This document shows, piece by piece, positions 35,219 through 47,010 of a DNA stretch of 64,000 nucleotides. The translations under genes and the position numbers were made by a program. Position 1 is the stretch's first letter. Each line of letters opens with the position of its first letter. Source of the stretch: Schmidtea polychroa (taxonomy: Eukaryota); contig CM097887.1 of the NCBI GenBank assembly GCA_044892525.1, positions 73,346,001-73,410,000 on the forward strand. The letters are read 5' to 3'. Below the pieces are notes generated by a model, which worked only from the letters and a program-made list of their open reading frames with translations, was not told the origin of the DNA and ran no database searches.

Positions 35219-37039
35219 GAATTGTATTTATATATAATAAATATTTCATAATTATGAAAATATTTAAATAGTTTTTTTTCTTGCTTTTCGTTTTGCAAAC
35301 TTATTAATTATCTTATCACAATCAATTATTTCGTTCTCTATATATAAAATAGCCATATTATTAAGTCTTTCCTCTGAAATTGAATTTCTTAGATAATTTT
35401 TAACACTTTTTAAACAGGAAAATGTGCGTTCTCCCGATGCATTTGAAATCGGCATGGTTAACAAATTTTTAAAATAATTTCCACATTTGGAAAAGTTTCT
35501 TTCACATCTAATGTCTTTTTGTATATATTATCAATTGATCGTTTGTCCTCTTCATTTAAAAATATTAAAATTACTTTAAAATTACTTGAATCAATGTCAT
35601 CTTTGTACATTTCTATTAAATTATTAACGTATTTTTTTTTCTTCTACACACAAGTTAAACACGAAAAAATCTTTAAAATTACTTATAACATTTTCCACGC
35701 CTGTTCAGTTCTGCTATTAAATGATCGCATATAATGTAGAATACATTATGTAGAAAAAAATCCTTTCGATTTTCTGTACATCTTTTCTTGCGGTCATCTT
35801 CAAATGATTTATCTGTAAGTTCTTTCACTTCTGATTCTATTTCGATGAAAATATGTCTAATTTTTTCATTAATAAAAGTTTCTAGATTTTTCAATAATGA
35901 CGCACCTTTACCAATTGTGCAGTCAATAGATTGTAAAGATTTACTTGTTGCATTGATTCGTTGCAAAATTTTATTCCATAGGACTGTCATAACAGCAGTT
36001 TCATAATTGTTCAATTTTTTTCTTTTGAGGAGTTACATATTTCATCTAAAGCCTTTTTAATATTTTTGTAACCACATTTTAGCGCTAAAACTGCATCAGC
36101 CCTGGTCGACCATCTTGTATCTGACACTTTCTTTAATGTATAAGACCCTTTGTCTAATTTATTGCATAACATGCTCCATCAAATCGGTGATGCAGAGAAA
36201 AAAACAAACAAATTTTGCACGAATAAAAAATATCTGGACGCATTACTATAACTCTCTGAAGCTACATTACCAACTAAATTAAGAGAATGACTAGAGCACG
36301 GAATAAACGTTGCTGGTGGAGCATGTTGTCTTATTCTTGTTTGTAGACCATTGTAATTGCCCGACATATTTGCGGCATTGTCTTATAATTATAACTTCTT
36401 GTTTCATTAAAATATTTCTCATCAGTTTTACAGATCAGTATTTAAAAAAATAATTTTAAAAAAGTAGCATTGTATGCAATTAAAATTCCACATATGAAAC
36501 CCAACTTGTCATTAAAAAGTGTAAAATTAGATTTTTGAAAGGCCCCCTAGATGTCCGGGCCCAGGGCGCGCGCCCCCTGCGCCCGTGCGTAAATCCGCCT
36601 CTGATTGGTGAATTATTTCATTTGAGTTCTGTAAATTTCTGTTTAATTTATTAACTTTTGAAGTGGTAAAGGACGTATGTGTTCATTTAGTGATAGTGAA
36701 TTCGTCTGTGTAGAACGCATCGTATGTTCTGGGCCCTTCATTGTTTTGTCTCAAAAAATCTTTAATAATGTTATGGTGTGTTTCGTAAACGTCTATTGTC
36801 TTATTATTATTTACAGTGCATCGTAAAATTAAATTGTGTATTGAACGGAAATCTAACAAAGAATTGGAAAAGATATTAGAACGAAATTTATTCTTCAGTA
36901 ATAACTTTTACGAATTTCTGCCAATTTAAAATCAATTTAACGGATACCAAAGGAGCCAGTTCACTGAATGATGGTATTGCAAGGTTTCTTAAATTTAAAA
37001 TTTCCGAATAATTAAAAGGAATATAATAAATTCAAAAAC

Positions 37040-37990
37040 AAGAAATCATCGAATTTTTGGTGTTCTAGGTGGATTTACTTAATTCGACTCAGAAGAAGTT
37101 CAGTTTTCTAACAGTGTTATAGCTAGGAGTGAAATGAGATATTTCCGAGGTATAGCTGAAAACGCCAAACAAGACTATTTCAACCAACCACATGGACGAG
37201 ACGCTTTGGAATGTATGGGTAAAGGCTTAATCCGACTGCTCGACCCACACAGGCCTCAACGCTCAGGACTGCCATTAGAAGTTCTTACATCTAAATTGAT
37301 TAGCCGATGACCCAATCGGGGATATACTACGATAGAGTCTACTGATCTTGGGAGACAGAAAGAATCAAAACCCATAATACATTTGTTCTACAAATTTGGA
37401 TTTTGACAATTTCGCTTTACTCGAGAACTTTGCCTATTCTGAGTTTTCACCTATCATCATCCTGACATTATGCATTGCCCTAATTATCACTTCTCTATCC
37501 TAACTTATCTTTCCCGAGACAGTTTTTTCATACTCTCACTCAATAAAATATCTACCGTTGATGTGATTTTAGAACTTTACCTACTACTTACTAAAACTCC
37601 GATCACACTCGTGACACGAAAATTCTAGCAGTGTCTATCGTGTGGTGTCCTCCGCCTGGTCGACCAATCGGTAATCGAGGTTTTCTAATCTTGCGGGTGA
37701 TCCACTCCAATGGTCGGGCCTGAGGTGAACAGGCCCGTCCTTTATCTGTTATTCCCGGATTCAGACTACTGAAAACTTCAAACCATGCTACGGCTTACAA
37801 ATGAAGACCCAACCTGCCTGAATAATGTTGTAGCATGATACAATAACCGCCTGCATACACCCATATATTCCGACAGGCCATTTTATCAAAATGCCTTAAT
37901 TTATACCTCACTCGACTAATTTCTGAATCCGAACGAGGAACTGCTCAAGGCATTTCTGCAATTTCATCCAATAGCCATTTGGCTACTGCA
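37040..37990 (+). pseudogene. degenerate relative of the N-terminal coding region of the NeSL-like element
   Basis: 37644-37785 encodes CPPPGRPIGNRGFL..RV..VGPEVNR vs FPPPGRPVGQPGFL..RV..VGPQVNR at 51005-50870 (minus); also YLTRLISE vs CHTRLASE. Confidence 0.7.
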
Positions 37991-38460
37991 TTTAAAGGTT
38001 TATACTATCTCACAAATAAATTAAACTAATAAACTAAATTTAAAATTCTTAATAGAACGAAAATAATTTAAAAGAAATGTATTTAAAAGTAATGGTTGTC
38101 AAAATGAACGTATAAATATTACTAAACAAAAAATTATACTAAAATATACCTGTTAAAAATTGCAAAACTTTAAAATGTTAGTTCATGAATAATAGGTGAA
38201 TGAATGAGTTTTTCTGTTGGAGCAGCCTTTATATATGTTTTCCCGACTAATCAGGTGAAGGCATGATCTCATTGGCTTATTTAATCCGGTTTAGACAACC
38301 GGAATTTTTCGTAATACATTTTATTTAATTTATTTAAATTTTCTTTAAGATTTTATATTTATTATAAAACATGATTATAAATCCGTATGAATTCATAGTC
38401 AAGTTTTTTAATAAATGCAATGTCAATTGAAAAGAAATCAGTGGTGATAATTGATTGAAG

Positions 38461-38600
38461 TAAGGGTTACCAACCTTTTCATAGTACCGTACCTGTACGT
38501 TGTAAAAAATTTGATGGCGTACCAGTAAACCTCATTATTTTAATGGGGTATAAAATACAACGGAGAATTGTAACAAAAACAAGTAACTTGGGATATATAT

Positions 38601-38652
<52 letters not shown>

Positions 38653-39030
38653 TGCTAAACATATAAATAAAATATAATTATGACTTAAAAATAGTTAGTG
38701 AAAAGGTTTGGTCTGTTTATTATTAACTAAAGTTGAAATATTGGGCTCAATGTTTCTCAGTTTAAGACTAAGATCCGATTCAATGGTTTAATCATAGTCA
38801 TTGCAGAAAATCCTTTTTCACATAAATATATGGTCGCAAATAGCATAAAAAATTTTAGAAAATTAGAAATTGTAAAATATTAAAATGAATGGATTGTTGT
38901 AGTCATGTTTTTTTTCCAAAACAGAATTTTAATAGATTTTTGTTTTGTATATAGTAAAGTAATTCGCGTACCGGTAGCTGCTTGCCCGCGTACCGCTACT
39001 GGTATCCGTACCCAAGGTTGGGAATCCCTG
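38461..39030. mobile_element. hAT-type MITE containing a (TA)n tract
   Basis: Termini TAAGGGTTACCAACCT / AGGTTGGGAATCCCTG; decayed 8-bp TSD GATTGAAG/AATTAAAG. Confidence 0.65.
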
Positions 39031-39328
39031 AATTAAAGATTTTAATTTATTAATAAATACTATTTCTATTTATTGCTTTTTTCCTATTTGTTTCTTTTCT
39101 GTAACTTTTTGCATTTTATTAATTTTAATTATTCATGTTTTATTTTTAAATTAAATGCTTGTTTAATTTAATGTTTATTTGGTTTTTTTTTATAATTTTA
39201 AATAAACCTTTTGTGATATGCATGTTATGTTTCTAGTTGCAACAACCATATTTTAATTATTTTTACTTAATTAATTTAAATGTTAATTAATGGCCTTCTG
39301 GCCTAACAGAATAAAATCTGAAAAAACA

Positions 39329-40079
39329 GGTCAGATGTAAAGGAGATGACGGGAAAGATCATGACAAGAACGGATTTACCAGATTACGTTCAGAAAGGGT
39401 CGAAATACAGGAAAATATACAAAGGCAGAAAATCGTTAATTAATTATCGAAAACCTGAGATAAGTAAACAGAAAGAAAAGTAAACAAAGTGGATTCTGGA
39501 AAACCATTATCATGATAACATGAATAGTGGAGAAATGGGGAAATATTACTGCAAGAGAGTCGCAAGGTGGAACAATTAATTATTTCTTTGGAAAGAGACA
39601 AAATGAAAAAGGCCGTGAAGCAACGCTTGTCAAAGGAGACGATCTAGTTGAAATACCAATAATCAATGCGATTATTTCAACTGTATTTCAAGGGAGGTCA
39701 AATTCAGAAACAATCGGCATTTCGCCTCAGGTAGGGAAAAGATAGCGACAGTAGACTAAAAAGAAAAAAACTAAAGAAAGAAGATAGAACTAGCGGAAAA
39801 GAAATAAAGGTATCAAGTTAAGTCAAAGGAGTAAATGAAAAAGATGATTATTGTTGCAGAAAGTGTATAACCAGAGAGGCTACAGCGAGTATTATTGAAT
39901 AGTCAGAGTTGGCATTGTATTGTGATATTGTATTGCGAGTTTCGTAAATTGCAGTTTATACGAGGTTAATTACAAATATACGTTGATTGTTGTTTAACTA
40001 ATTGTTTTACAGAACACGCAGAGTCAGAAACACCGACGTTAATATTTATTTAATTAAAATTCAACAGTATTATCTGACA
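39329..40079 (+). mobile_element. possible solo LTR
   Basis: GTCAGAT...ATCTGACA inverted ends; 3' part resembles the 34377-35218 LTR (GAGTCAGA..ACCGAC); no TSD found. Confidence 0.35.
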
Positions 40080-40340
40080 AAATGTAGTGAAGCAGAAATA
40101 CATTGAAAAATGAAACAAAACACACCCCCCCCCCCCCAAAATTTACAGAGAATTTCAATAAGACAACAATAAAAAGTGATTATTCCGAGAAAAAATACTA
40201 GAGCTTATCATCATTCAATTGTTACAACTCAAACTTCCGCGAAAAATTAGATCCTATCATAAATGAAATATTAGAGAGCCTAATATGTATTCAAGTTATT
40301 TAAATCAATCAATTAAATGTAAAATGCATGTACTCATGTA

Positions 40341-41869
40341 CATTGGCGTCCACAAGGGGGGGGGGCAAGAGGGGATACTTGCCCCCGGATTTCCCAAACC
40401 ATTCTATTTTTCGATTAATTTAAACACATTTTAATAGATGCGCTCAAACAATGCTGAAAAAAATCAAGACAAAAAAATTAATAAAAAAATTTAATTTAAA
40501 TTGGCTTCCTGTTTGTTTTTAATATTAAACACTGTTTATTATTTATTTCACTCAAATATTGATTTATAAATAAATTGATTAATAATGAAAATAATAAAGG
40601 AACTTATCGACAAATTGTAAAGCTTAATAATTATCAATAAACCTTTTATTTTCTTATTTACTGATTGATTATTTTTTAAATTCAAATTATGTATCTTCAT
40701 TTTCGACTATAGATCAATATTTATTTTCATTTTTTTTTGATTTTTTGAAGTGTTTGTCGAACAATATTATTTTACTTGAGAAAAAAAGATGAAAGGATTG
40801 TGAGTTTTGATAAAAGAGAATGAAGCTAAATGCAGCACAGACAAAATACCGAAGAGTTTTTAAGACCATTATTTCTCAAAGTGAGAAATTGGCAGAACAA
40901 TTAAACATCCAGTTGACAATTCCCAGACAATGTAAGAGGCAAACACACCTTTCAAATAATGGTTGTTCAAATGTTGAAGAATACTTTCGAAGATCTGTCT
41001 TTATAACATACTTGGATTCAATCATTTCATCGTTGGAAAGCAGATTCAATGAAAATAACTAAATCAATTTTAGTCTATTTTCACTTCACCCAATGGAAAT
41101 GTTGAAACTTTCAAAAAATGAATTCAAAACTCACACAGAAAATATCATAATAGAGTATAAAATTGAGAACTTTGATGCTAAGGCAAGCAGTTGGTTTGAG
41201 ATGTGGTCAAATAAAAAGTCGGATTTTGAAATCAAAAGTCGCGATGGAATGATGGATTTATTATAATTCACAGACCTTTTTCCAGCTATTAAGAAAGCAG
41301 TTCTTATTGCTTTAACATTGCCAGTGTCAACTTGCCCTGTTGAAAGATCATTTAGCACACTGAGAAGAGTCAAAACGTGGCTAAGGTCAACAATGTGTGA
41401 AAATAGACTTTCTGGACTTTGCATGATGAGTGTTCATCGTGACAGAATTAATGACAGTAAAAAAAGCGAAAAATAATGGACAAAGTGATCAATAAATTTG
41501 GTCAATATCACAGACGTCTTCAGTTTCTTTTCAAAAAGTAATATTTATGAATAAGTCTGTAATTTTGTTTTATAATTGAATAAATATTTATAGAAAATAT
41601 ACAAAAAAGAACTTTTTTTACGTTTCTTGACTCCGTTTATTCTTAAAATCACATTAATGTTTCAACGATAAAAATGACTTTAATTGAAATCATCAATATA
41701 CTATTATTAATCTGATTATATATATAGTAACAATTTTTTTCGTAAATGAACATAACAAGAATTTAAATGATACTAATTGTTATATGTTTAAATATTACAT
41801 TAATATGTAGAAGTACTCTACTTTGTTGTTCCCCCCCCCACCCTGGAAAAATTCCTTCGGACGCCCATG
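40341..41869 (+). mobile_element. non-autonomous hAT retaining the C-terminal dimerisation region
   Basis: TIRs CATTGGCGTCC / GGACGCCCATG; perfect 8-bp TSD CTCATGTA; PVSTCPVERSFSTLRRVKTWLRSTM. Confidence 0.9.
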
Positions 41870-42139
41870 CTCATGTATGTGTGTATAGTAAATCAAAATT
41901 ACCATCTTGTAGGCGAATGCGTAGGCGGACAACTAAATTCCGTATAAATATCGACGGAAAATTCATTTGAACAATAAAAATACTTGTGATTAACTTGCTC
42001 TCAGTTTTTCAATGTTCATGACTTCTATGCATTTATGGTAATTTGGTTTTATGTATAATGTAATTTTTAAACTAGTAAATTTTAATATAATTAAATTTTT
42101 TTTCATGTTTTGTTTTTGATCATTTCTTTAACATTGTAC

Positions 42140-42790
42140 CATGTTTTCAGACTGTCCAAATTACAACGGCCAACTGGTGGGTGGAGGAACCTGCGGAAGC
42201 CTTGATAAAAAAAAAAAAAAAAAAAATCAAATTTTATTTTAATCAAATCGTACTGGCTACACAGCCGAAGGGGAGAGATTCTCACCCTTAATATTCTGCA
42301 TCTTTCAATTGATTGATTCTTCTATTGCAGGAGTTAAAAACTCCCGCAATTGTACGTGGGAAAACATCTGTCCGATCCACCTGATTGATTGAACATATTG
42401 AGATTGAACATATTGAACATATTGAAGGTAGAGTTCACATTGAAGGTACAAATGGAAGGTAGTGGTAGAGTAGTGGTAGAGTACAAAATGGAAGGTAATG
42501 ATAGAGTATAAGGTAGAGTACAAATGGAAGGTAGTGGTATAGTACAAATGGAGGTTGACAATAAGATTGATAAGTAGATTATCCTTTTCGTAATTAGAAT
42601 CGGCAGCATAATTTTGATCCGAATTAGAGATTGAACCGGATCATCAGGAGGCTTTTATAACTAGGCTCTGAGTATTGGAGGTCAGCCGTTTGCAGGGAGG
42701 GCATGATCGTAAATCTAAATAAATAAGTTTCGGGGCAGGAAGGCTCCCATGCGAAGTTTATAGCGAGAAATAGGTACTTATTATAATATA
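42140..42790. mobile_element. two retroposon-like 3' ends meeting tail-to-tail at a 20-nt poly(A)
   Basis: Plus-strand ..GCCTTGAT(A)20; minus-strand segment with KLRMG..CPPC remnant, low-complexity UTR, hairpins and AATAAA. Confidence 0.4.
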
Positions 42791-43330
42791 TATTATAAGG
42801 AGTAAGTGAAGGTAGAGGTAAGTATATTAGTATTAATAGTTAATAGAAGTGTTGATTATAGTAGCAATAGTATAGTAATAATGATTATAGTATTAATAAA
42901 AACAACTAAAAAGACCACCAAATAGGCAGAACCCCTACAAGGGTTCCTACATTAACCCATTCGGTGATTGATATCCACAATTAGTACATTNNNNNNNNNN
43001 NNNNNNNNNNNNNNNNNNNNNNNNNNNNNNNNNNNNNNNNNNNNNNNNNNNNNNNNNNNNNNNNNNNNNNNNNNNNNNNNNNNNNNNNNNNNNNNNNNNN
43101 NNNNNNNNNNNNNNNNNNNNNNNNNNNNNNNNNNNNNNNNNNNNNNNNNNNNNNNNNNNNNNNNNNNNNNNNNNNNNNNNNNNNNNNNNNNNNNNNGAAA
43201 CATCAATATAAATAGTAGAACAACAATAATAATAATAGTAATAACGGCAATAAAAGACCAATAAGAAAACCGCAATAATAGTGGCAGTAAGAGTAATAGT
43301 GGTCAAAATATTAGCAAAAATTAATGTTAA
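42790..43330 (+). repeat. Asn/Ser-rich coding-like low-complexity tract spanning a 206-N gap
   Basis: AAT/AGT triplets around gap 42991-43196; KRPPNRQNPYK word. Confidence 0.6.
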
Positions 43331-43743
43331 TATCAGCATATTATTATAGTAGTGGAGTTTTGAGTTTTATTACGATTTTAATATAGGAAAAAACAAAGTT
43401 GAGATAAAAAATTAGGTTAGTATTAGATATTTAAGTAGAGGTTCAACAAAGATATTGTAATTCTAATTTATAAGTATATATTAATTTATCATTAGTTTAT
43501 TTGTTAAATAAGATAATAGGGCCATACTGTACAATATTGTTACCATATATCTACTTTTGATAATAAGTTTTTAATATTATATAGAAGGGGGTGTACATAT
43601 GTCAACGCCCAAGGAGGATTCTCTATGATTAGAAATAGTACATTACTTAGGAGGGTAGTTTAGTATAAGTATAATACAGCCATAATGGACAATATAGATA
43701 GAAATCAATGCTTAAATAATAAATCAATGTATAAATAATAATA

Positions 43744-46700
43744 TCAGTCTATGAGCGTGTGTTCTCTTAAGATATGGTAGCTACTTATGACGGCAGCCGT
43801 GCAGGCTTTTCGAGCGAGACCTAGAATTTCTTGTTTCGTGAGGCCAATTTTTTTAAGTACCTGGTTATTGTTGCTATCCCAGGATCCCAGAGTACCGATT
43901 ACTAGGGCTGAGATAGTAGTTTTGGTTTTGTAGGATTTCTCAATTTCAATGGCTAGGTTGGCGTATTTAATATAGTTATTTTTAACTGCAGTTTTAAAGT
44001 TTTCTTTTTGTTCGTAGGGGACTTTTAAGTCAAGTAGATGAATGTTCTTATTTCTAGAGGATTTTATGAGAAGATCAGGTTTAAGAGTTGAATTTACACC
44101 CTGAGGTGAGATTTCAATGTCTAGGTGAAAGTTATAATTAGAGAGACATTCACAGACCACTTCAAGGACACGGGAGTGCTTATTTCTGCGCGCATTAATT
44201 TTTGCAGGGCAATGGTTGAATATGTGGGCCTGTGTTTCGGGGTGTGAGTTGCATTGCCTACAGAGAATAGATTTTCTATTTTTAAGTCGATGAGGTGTGA
44301 AATTTAGTTTTAGCAGGTTGTTGCGATCCCTAACCAGAAAGAAGTACTGGGCGTCGTTAAGTATATCAGATTTGAGGAGGAAGTTAGCAGTGCTGCTATC
44401 AGTGATGGATTTGGCAATATGACCCTGATAAGTTAGGATCGTCCATTTTTCTGCGTGTATAAAACCAATGATGCAGTGCAGTTCAGAGGAGATGTTTTTC
44501 ATGTTGTGTTCATTAAAGTAATTAATTCTATCTTTATATTTGATTTCAAGTTGGTATAGGTCTTCCATAAACACGATTTTTGCGTGTATGCCATATTTCC
44601 TACGAAGCAGATCAACAGATTTTTTAAATTTCGAAAAGATAGAATGAGTTGGGAAGGCTTTAGAAATGTTGCCATTAATCCAGGACATTGCAGCTTCAAG
44701 GTTACCTTGGCCACGTGCTAAAGCAAGTTCTGAGAGGATAAGCTTACGAAAGGTGAGATCTGATGAGTTTAGAGCACGCGAGAGGTGTACTATGCTTTGT
44801 ATGATATATTCGTCAATTGCAGCGGTAAGTCCAAGTCCGCCCATTTTTATAGAGGCGTATAGGAAATTGTTGTTAAATTGCAAGAGTTTATCCCCCAGGG
44901 AGGTTTTTATCATTTTTCTTATCTTATTGTCAAAACCTTTTTGGGGGACACGATCTTTTATGATGGTATCTTTATGAGAGTCTAGTATTTTATGGAGAAT
45001 TTCACAATTACGAAAGGGAAAGATCAATCGAGAATGTATGAATATCTTAAAGGCATTAATCTTCTGTGATGGGTGAAGATGTGAGTTTAGGATTTTTTCG
45101 GTATCGTTAATAGCCAGTTCAAGTCTTTCGTCAATATTGTGTCTTTTCTTATAAGCAAAGTCTACTCCTAGATATCTATAGAAGTTCGAGTCATCTACTT
45201 TTGGAATAATTTCATTATAAAGCTTAATCGGTTGGTGGTTATTACTGTCATTTAAGTGGAAATAACCAGATTTCGAGGGTTTAAATTTTAGATTGGCTAG
45301 TGAGGCGAGACGAATAGTTTCAAGGAGAGCGGAGGTGATTGATGGGTAAGAGTCTGAGATCAATACGATGTCATCCGCGTATGTTAAGATACCAATATTC
45401 ATATCACCAAACATGAAGGGGTGAGAGACAAGGATGTTTTTAATAATATAGTCGATAGAGAGGCAGAAGAGAGTCATGGAGAGTGGGCATCCTTGTATCA
45501 CTCCTTTCAGGATGGGAACTGAGGGAGATTTTTCACCTTCGCAGTCAAAGATGGTCTTAACATTGTCGTACATATTGTTTATCAGCCTAATGGTGTTAGG
45601 GTGTAAACCTATTGTAGAAAGAGTATGCCAGATGAGGTCATGTGGTAGAGAGCCGAAGGCATCAGTGATATCCAGCCAGACAATATGAAGGTCAGATTTG
45701 TTTCTTATGGAGGCGTCCTTAACGAGTTGGAGGATAAGATTGTGTTCAGCGCATCCATCGGGGGTGCCGATTGCTTTCTGATTTTTGGAGATAAGGTTAC
45801 CCTCTTTGATCCATCCAAGGAGTCTATTATTAAGAAGTGAGGAGAAGACGCGGTATGCTGTATTCATGATGGAGATCGGTCTCCATGAGCTGGCCTCATG
45901 GCTTATCTCATTCTTACCGGCTTTGAGGATGAGTTTTGTCCGAAAGGTTTTCCAAGTAGATGGACAGAGGGAGTTCCTTTGGATGTTATTACATATAGAG
46001 AGAAGAAGTTCGAAATCTGGTGATATCTTTTTCCAATTGGCAAGTGTGATAAGATCTAAGCCTGGAGCGGTATTGTCGAGATTGGAGAAAATGTATTTGA
46101 TCTCATCAGTATCAAAGGGAGTAGAGGAGTGATTTTCTGGGAAGGAGCAAAGGAGGTTAATAGAGAGCGGATTTGAGGTGATTAATTTCCCTGCAAACAG
46201 TTTGAGAATATTGGTCATAGTAGGTTTTTGAAAATTACATTCATTATTTAGGATCTTAGAGATCTCCTCCTTGGGGCCAAAATTGTATCTGTTCCTTTTA
46301 ATAACTAATAGTTCGTTGTCAAGTTTTTTTCTCTTATGGATGATGTCAGGCGGTTTTTTATTATTGTATTTTAAGGCATTAATATTTTCATTTATCTTTT
46401 CTATTTCACAGAGGACTGTATCGCAGTCAGATGCATCTGTATTTAAGTTAATTATGAGGCTATTGATGAATGGTCGATATTTTCGAACATCATCACTAGC
46501 AATTCTATTATTTAAAATTTTTTTGATGATAATTTTGATTCTATTAATCGTATTCTGGATACTAGGCGAGGTAATCCTATCATTTTTCATCAGGCATTCT
46601 ATCAAGTGACATACAAAAAAGGCTGATTCATTAGGAGTGCTGCATCTAGGGTATTCAAGGTATTGGAGTTGTATGTCTATAGGAGAGACAATTTTTTGTA

Positions 46701-46848
46701 GGTCCAAGATGGTTTCAAGAATGCTATTGGCAAGGGAATGGTGGATAGAGAGGCTTTCATCGGTTAAAGGGTCAATAAGAACTGCGAGTTGTCGATGCTT
46801 ATCTAGAAAGAAGAAAAACCAATTGTCTTTAGCATGACACATTGGCAT
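43744..46848 (-). CDS. Ulp1-like domain, reverse transcriptase, CCHC knuckle and restriction-like endonuclease, 1034 aa
   Basis: WRPISI; DGCAEHN; WLDITDAFGSLPH; GVIQGCPLS; YADD; YRYLGV; CRQC..ETQAHIFNHC; RHS-like KHSRV; KPDL..LLDLKV; IGTLGSW. Confidence 0.95.
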   Translation of the reverse strand: MPMCHAKDNWFFFFLDKHRQLAVLIDPLTDESLSIHHSLANSILETILDLQKIVSPIDIQLQYLEYPRCSTPNESAFFVCHLIECLMKNDRITSPSIQNTINRIKIIIKKILNNRIASDDVRKYRPFINSLIINLNTDASDCDTVLCEIEKINENINALKYNNKKPPDIIHKRKKLDNELLVIKRNRYNFGPKEEISKILNNECNFQKPTMTNILKLFAGKLITSNPLSINLLCSFPENHSSTPFDTDEIKYIFSNLDNTAPGLDLITLANWKKISPDFELLLSICNNIQRNSLCPSTWKTFRTKLILKAGKNEISHEASSWRPISIMNTAYRVFSSLLNNRLLGWIKEGNLISKNQKAIGTPDGCAEHNLILQLVKDASIRNKSDLHIVWLDITDAFGSLPHDLIWHTLSTIGLHPNTIRLINNMYDNVKTIFDCEGEKSPSVPILKGVIQGCPLSMTLFCLSIDYIIKNILVSHPFMFGDMNIGILTYADDIVLISDSYPSITSALLETIRLASLANLKFKPSKSGYFHLNDSNNHQPIKLYNEIIPKVDDSNFYRYLGVDFAYKKRHNIDERLELAINDTEKILNSHLHPSQKINAFKIFIHSRLIFPFRNCEILHKILDSHKDTIIKDRVPQKGFDNKIRKMIKTSLGDKLLQFNNNFLYASIKMGGLGLTAAIDEYIIQSIVHLSRALNSSDLTFRKLILSELALARGQGNLEAAMSWINGNISKAFPTHSIFSKFKKSVDLLRRKYGIHAKIVFMEDLYQLEIKYKDRINYFNEHNMKNISSELHCIIGFIHAEKWTILTYQGHIAKSITDSSTANFLLKSDILNDAQYFFLVRDRNNLLKLNFTPHRLKNRKSILCRQCNSHPETQAHIFNHCPAKINARRNKHSRVLEVVCECLSNYNFHLDIEISPQGVNSTLKPDLLIKSSRNKNIHLLDLKVPYEQKENFKTAVKNNYIKYANLAIEIEKSYKTKTTISALVIGTLGSWDSNNNQVLKKIGLTKQEILGLARKACTAAVISSYHILREHTLID

Positions 46849-47010
46849 TATGATCTCGTTCCAATCGGAGAAATCTTTAAATGGAAAGGTTTCGAAGAAG
46901 GTTTTGAAGTTATGTTGTATTAGGGCGTTACCTATATATGGGTCTACGAAGATAGTAGTTGGTCTGATGGCAAAAGAAAAGATGAAAGCCTTAATAGTAT
47001 GTTGTGACCA

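Larger units (their letters stand above)
32784..36603 (-). mobile_element. hAT (ZMYM1-like) element, outer member of a nest
   Basis: 8-bp TSD ATTGGTGA at 32776-32783 and 36604-36611; termini ..GGCGGATTTA / TAAATCCGCCTCTG; transposase fragments MSGNYNGLQ..CSSHSLNLV and SNASGERTFSCLK..YLR on the minus strand. Confidence 0.9.

Noticed and set aside
42600-42655. Hammerhead ribozyme candidate on the minus strand (CTGATGA-TCCG..CGGA)
   Set aside because: No GAAA follows stem II. Other CTGATGA hits (36420, 44760, 55500, 63295) also lack a proper stem II plus GAAA.
43300-43740. rRNA, tRNA, U2 or spliced-leader target site at the NeSL-like 3' junction
   Set aside because: No recognisable RNA gene sequence at either end of the element or elsewhere in the window.
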